The translations under genes were made by a program, and so were the position numbers. The notes under the pieces are model-generated. The model did not search any database. It was not told the origin of the DNA and saw only the letters and a program-made list of their open reading frames with translations. A stretch of DNA of 43,018 nucleotides from Octopus sinensis (Eukaryota), in assembly GCF_006345805.1 (NCBI RefSeq), contig NW_021832369.1, positions 1 through 43,018 on the forward strand, in the 5' to 3' direction. Below, piece after piece: positions 37,560-43,018 of this stretch; positions within the stretch are counted from its first letter, which is position 1, and the number at the start of each line of letters is the position of its first letter.

Positions 37560-37802
37560 CATGTTATTCGTAACTGGTAGTTTCACCGACTGTATTGCAA
37601 AATGCTATTAATCACAATGATTAATAATTATGAATTCAATGATCTTTCAGGCCAAAAGCCACGTGGAGCATTCATGAATCGCCATCATTTTATTATATAG
37701 TCAAACGTAGCATTTCGCCTGACAGATCACTAAATTCAAAACTATTAATCACTATGATTAATAGCATTTCAATGGGTGAAACTGCCAGTAGCGAATAGCA
37801 TG
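37560..37802. repeat. Foldback element: about 100-bp imperfect inverted arms with a 40-nt spacer
   Basis: 37560-37664 matches the reverse complement of 37705-37802 (CATG.TATTCG..ACTGG.AGTTTCACC...AATGCTATTAATCA...TCAGG...ACGT). Confidence 0.8.
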
Positions 37803-37892
37803 CCCCTTCGCACTGCATAGATACGTGTATTCACTTTGCGTCAGTATTGAGTTCTCTCCGTGTCATTTGCTTTTTTTTTTTTGCTGTAACAT

Positions 37893-37937
<45 letters not shown>

Positions 37938-37941
<4 letters not shown>

Positions 37942-38300
37942 TTAGCCCCTTGTGTGTAGTAAAGAAATAGGTATTCCGTTCGTCTTCGCGTTCTGAGTTC
38001 AAATTCCACCGAGATCGACTTTGCTTTTCATTCTTTCGGGGTCGATCAAACTAGTACCAGTTGTATACTGGCGTCGATGTAATCGACTTACCCACCTCCA
38101 CCAAATATTTCAGGCCTTGTAGAAAGGATTATTATTATTGTTATTGTTATTGTTATTGTTATAGTGGATGATGTTAAGAGTCCCAATTTTCCCGGGGTCG
38201 ACTTAGCCTTTCATCTTTTCGTGATCGACAAACTAAGTAACATTTGAAAGCTGGATTCGCTCTCGAAAATTCAGGATTTGTGCCTATAGTAGAAAGGATC
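37938..38300 (+). mobile_element. Nin-type SINE fragments
   Basis: TTAGCCCCTTGTG...GTATTCCGTTCG...CAGGCCTTGTAGAAAGG-ATT, with a second fragment at about 38185-38300. Confidence 0.65.
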
Positions 38301-38399
38301 ATATACCTTTTCCCGTACGCTTAAATAATTAATTATTTTACCAGCTAGCTACCTGGAAAAAGACTTATAATATTTACTAGTAAAGGGACAAGGTCTGAA

Positions 38400-38585
38400 A
38401 TTTAGTGGAATAGGGCTCGTCGTTTACATTGACCCAGTGCTTGACTGGTACTTAATTTATCGACCTCGAATAGATGAAAGGCAAAGTCGACCTCGGCGGG
38501 ATTTGAACTCAGAATGTAAAGACGTACGAAATGTCGCTAATTAATTTGTCCGGCGCGTTAACGATTCTGCCAGCTCGTTGCCTCG
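38400..38585 (-). mobile_element. Nin-type SINE
   Basis: GATGAAAGGCAAAGTCGACCTCGGCGG and head CTGCCAGCTCG. Confidence 0.75.
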
Positions 38586-38667
38586 CTTAATAATGAGAAG
38601 AAGAAGAAGAAGAAGAAGAAGAAGAAGAAGAAGAAGAAGAAGAAGAAGAAGAAGAAGAAGAAGAAGA

Positions 38668-38828
38668 AAAGATCGAAAAAATCTTAGGAATGAGAACCTA
38701 GTTTCGAAATTTGCCCAAGACACCTGATGAAGGCTGTTGTCTTAGCAACAAACAAGATGAGGACAAATATCCGTCAAATGTAAATAATGTATATATAATT
38801 CTTCATCTCTTAAATATAAAACTGAATA
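38668..38828 (+). mobile_element. Hammerhead-bearing short element, family A copy 2 (ribozyme half deleted)
   Basis: GACAC-CTGATGA-A-GGCTG (38719-38736) is followed directly by TTGTCTTAGCAACAAAC; the loop II to GAAACG segment present in 23858-23903 is missing; follows (GAA)n. Confidence 0.7.
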
Positions 38829-38854
38829 ATAATTTCATATTTTTCCACAAGGGC

Positions 38855-39328
38855 AGACAAGTGGACTGCGGCGAGTTTTGAACTCAGAACATAAAGATGG
38901 ACGAAATACCTATTTCTTTACTACCCACAAGGGGCTAAACACAGAGAGGAAAAACAAGGACAGACAAACGGATTAAGTCGATTACATCGACCCCAATGCG
39001 TAACTGGTACTTAATTTATCGACCCCGAAAGGATGAACGGCAAAGTCGACCTCGGCGGAATTTGAACCCAGAACGTAGAGACAGACGAAATACCTATTTC
39101 TTTATTACCCACAAGGGGCTAAGCACAGAGGGGACAAACAAGGACAGACATAGATATTAAGTCGATTACATCGACCCCAGTGCGTAACTGGTACTTAATT
39201 TATCGACCCCGAAAGGATGAAAGGCAAAGTCGACCTCGGCGGAATTTGAACTCAGAACGTAACGGCAGACGAAATACCGTTAAGCATTGCGCCCGACGTG
39301 CTAACCATTCTGCCAGCTCGCCACCCTG
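38855..39328 (-). mobile_element. Multimeric Nin-type SINE with about 183-bp internal units
   Basis: GAAATACCTATTTCTTTA at about 38903 and 39087; head near 39325. Confidence 0.85.
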
Positions 39329-39583
39329 ACGAAGTATATAATCAATGACGCTTATTCGGAATGATAAACTTCAACTTGTATTTATTTAGCGCTTTCATCT
39401 TGTTTCAGAGATAATAAATTATTATCCAAAATGTTGACTATCTCCTTTTTCCTAATATATAAAATCTGTACGTGCTTCAAACAATCTATACTCCACACAC
39501 ACACACACACACAGACACAGAACACAGACGCATATACGCATATATATAATTATATATATAATATATATATATATATTATATAT

Positions 39584-39704
<121 letters not shown>

Positions 39705-39743
39705 CAATATATATATACATATATATATATACATATATATATA

Positions 39744-39775
<32 letters not shown>

Positions 39776-40098
39776 AGATATATATGTGTGTGTGTGGTGT
39801 GTGTGTGTGTAATATATACATACAACACACTCGCACACACATATGTAGTAGTTAACAGGACTGAGGTGAGAGAATAGATGTTTATTCCATTCCTTTACAC
39901 TATTTCATAATCTTGTTAGTTATAAGTTATATAATAGATATTACATCAACCTTTGCACATACATAAAATATAAACATAAATATATATATATATGTACACC
40001 CAGACATTCAATGCTTTGAACAATTTAACTAACAGACTATTCTTCAAAACGATTCATAGTAGTTCATAACTCTCTCTTTCTCTCACACCTTGCATGCA

Positions 40099-41503
<1,405 letters not shown>

Positions 41504-41523
41504 GATATACATTCATACATACC

Positions 41524-41876
41524 TATTTCTTTACTACCCACAAGGGGCTAAACACAGAGAGGACAAACAAGGACAGACAAACGGATTAAGTGGATTATAT
41601 CGACCCCAGTGTTTAATTGGTACTTATTTAATCCTCTCCGAAAGGATGAAAGGCAAAGTCGACCTCGGCGGAATTTGAACTCAGAACGTAACCGCAGACG
41701 AAATACCACTAAGCATTTTGCCCGGCGTGCTAACGTTTCTGCCAGCTCGCCGCCTTAAAAAGGATGAAAGGCAAAGTCGACCTCGGCGGAATTTGAACTC
41801 AGAACGTAGCGGCAGACGAAATACCACTAAGTATTTCACCCGGTGTGCTAACGTTTCTGCCAGCTCGCCGCCTTGT
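41524..41876 (-). mobile_element. Double-headed Nin-type SINE within one TSD
   Basis: 15-bp TSD ACATTCATACATACC (41509-41523, 41877-41891); two GGCGGCGAGCTGGCAG heads. Confidence 0.85.
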
Positions 41877-42099
41877 ACATTCATACATACCAGTTCCCAC
41901 CCAGCCTAATGTCTATGACCGAAGGGGAGATAACTACTCGGAAATGCCTGCATCTCACAGTCTGGACAGGTGGCACTGCGAACTGGTATCTGTGTATGAA
42001 CACCATTCTGTCTACAGCAAGAAATCTTCTCTATGATAAAACACAGTGAATGAGTTGTTTACGAGTCCAAAGGTGCCACACGCATATTTGAACTGGTAA

Positions 42100-42308
42100 A
42101 GGCACACGGCCTGAAATTGGAAATTTTTAGCGGGAGGGGACTAGTCGATCGCATCGATCCCAATGTTTCATTCGTCCTTAATTTATCGACTCCGAAAGGA
42201 TGAAAGGCAAAGTCAACCTCGGCGGAATTTGAACTCAGAACGTAAAGACGGACGAAATACCGCTAACCATTTCGTCCGGCATGCTAACGACTCTGCCAGC
42301 TCGCCGCC
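42100..42308 (-). mobile_element. Monomeric Nin-type SINE
   Basis: 13-bp TSD TTTGAACTGGTAA (42087-42099, 42309-42321). Confidence 0.88.
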
Positions 42309-42430
42309 TTTGAACTGGTAATAACATTTCTACACTTCATTGCATAGCGCTCTCCCTCCATAAACACACACACACACACTACGCGTACATATAAATATAT
42401 ATTACATATGTAATGTATATATATACATTA

Positions 42431-42470
<40 letters not shown>

Positions 42471-42552
42471 CATTATATAATATATATAGATTATATATAT
42501 ATATATAATATATATATATATATAATATAATATATATATATATATATATATA

Positions 42553-42770
42553 GTTAATCCAAAAAGAAAACACAGACAAAAAAAACACCCCAAACGCGAG
42601 GACGTGGAACAATTTCAAGTATTATTTGATGCTCAGGAAAGAAGGAAGGAGGGTTTAACGTTCGAGCGGAGCTCTTCGCCGGAAACAAAGGAGAAGGAAA
42701 GATCCCGAAAGGGAAGACAGAAAAATATTTTTGCTGGTGGTGCTCAAGAGCTCACATGTTGAAAGAAAAG
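42553..42770 (-). mobile_element. Hammerhead-bearing short element related to family B, degenerate
   Basis: 42653-42686 reads GUUU-CCGGCGA-A-GAGC(UCC)GCUC-GAA-CGU-U^AAAC (U4, A6 and A15.1 altered or lost); shares TATTA...GCTCA.GAA context with 27150-27180; abuts (TA)n. Confidence 0.55.
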
Positions 42771-42788
42771 AAGTGAAAGGTAATATAT

Positions 42789-42824
<36 letters not shown>

Positions 42825-42831
42825 CATGGTG

Positions 42832-43018
42832 GACCCCCTTCGGGTCAGACACTGACCCTGGGTTTGCACCTAGAGAGTTACCTCTGAAGCACAAGTCTGG
42901 GCAAGGTTGTTTTATGGAAGAGACCAAGGGAAAGGCAAAGGGGCCGATACAGCTTGCACCTGTGACGTCGCAACTCATTTCTACAGCTGAGTGAACTGGA
43001 ACAACGTGAAATAAAGGT
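42832..43018 (-). mobile_element. OR2-like SINE with internal deletion, runs off the window end
   Basis: Homologous to 8190-8420 but lacks about 55 bp. Confidence 0.75.

Overview
AT-rich, microsatellite-saturated eukaryotic DNA. The tRNA-derived SINE families and the (TA)n/(TTA)n/(CA)n load point to an Octopus genome (inference), probably intronic or intergenic. No host protein-coding gene can be supported, and most ORF-track entries are microsatellite translations. About half of the window is transposon debris: a Chapaev-like transposase relic, three mariners (one near full length with an in-frame poly-Asn microsatellite), five R4/Dong-type LINE fragments tied to (TAA)n tracts, a Penelope-like RT with inverted terminal repeat, an internally deleted Ty3/gypsy element, and more than 20 SINE copies. 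The most interesting signal is not visible in the ORF track: six loci carry or imply minimal type-I hammerhead ribozyme folds (15426, 17653, 23858, 27182, 38719, 42653) in at least four unrelated short, mostly microsatellite-anchored sequence contexts. Two have compensatory changes at the tertiary 3-8 core pair (U3-A8, A3-U8). This suggests a Penelope-LTR or retrozyme-like family of self-cleaving small retroelements. All folds were derived by eye; cleavage activity and novelty are untested.
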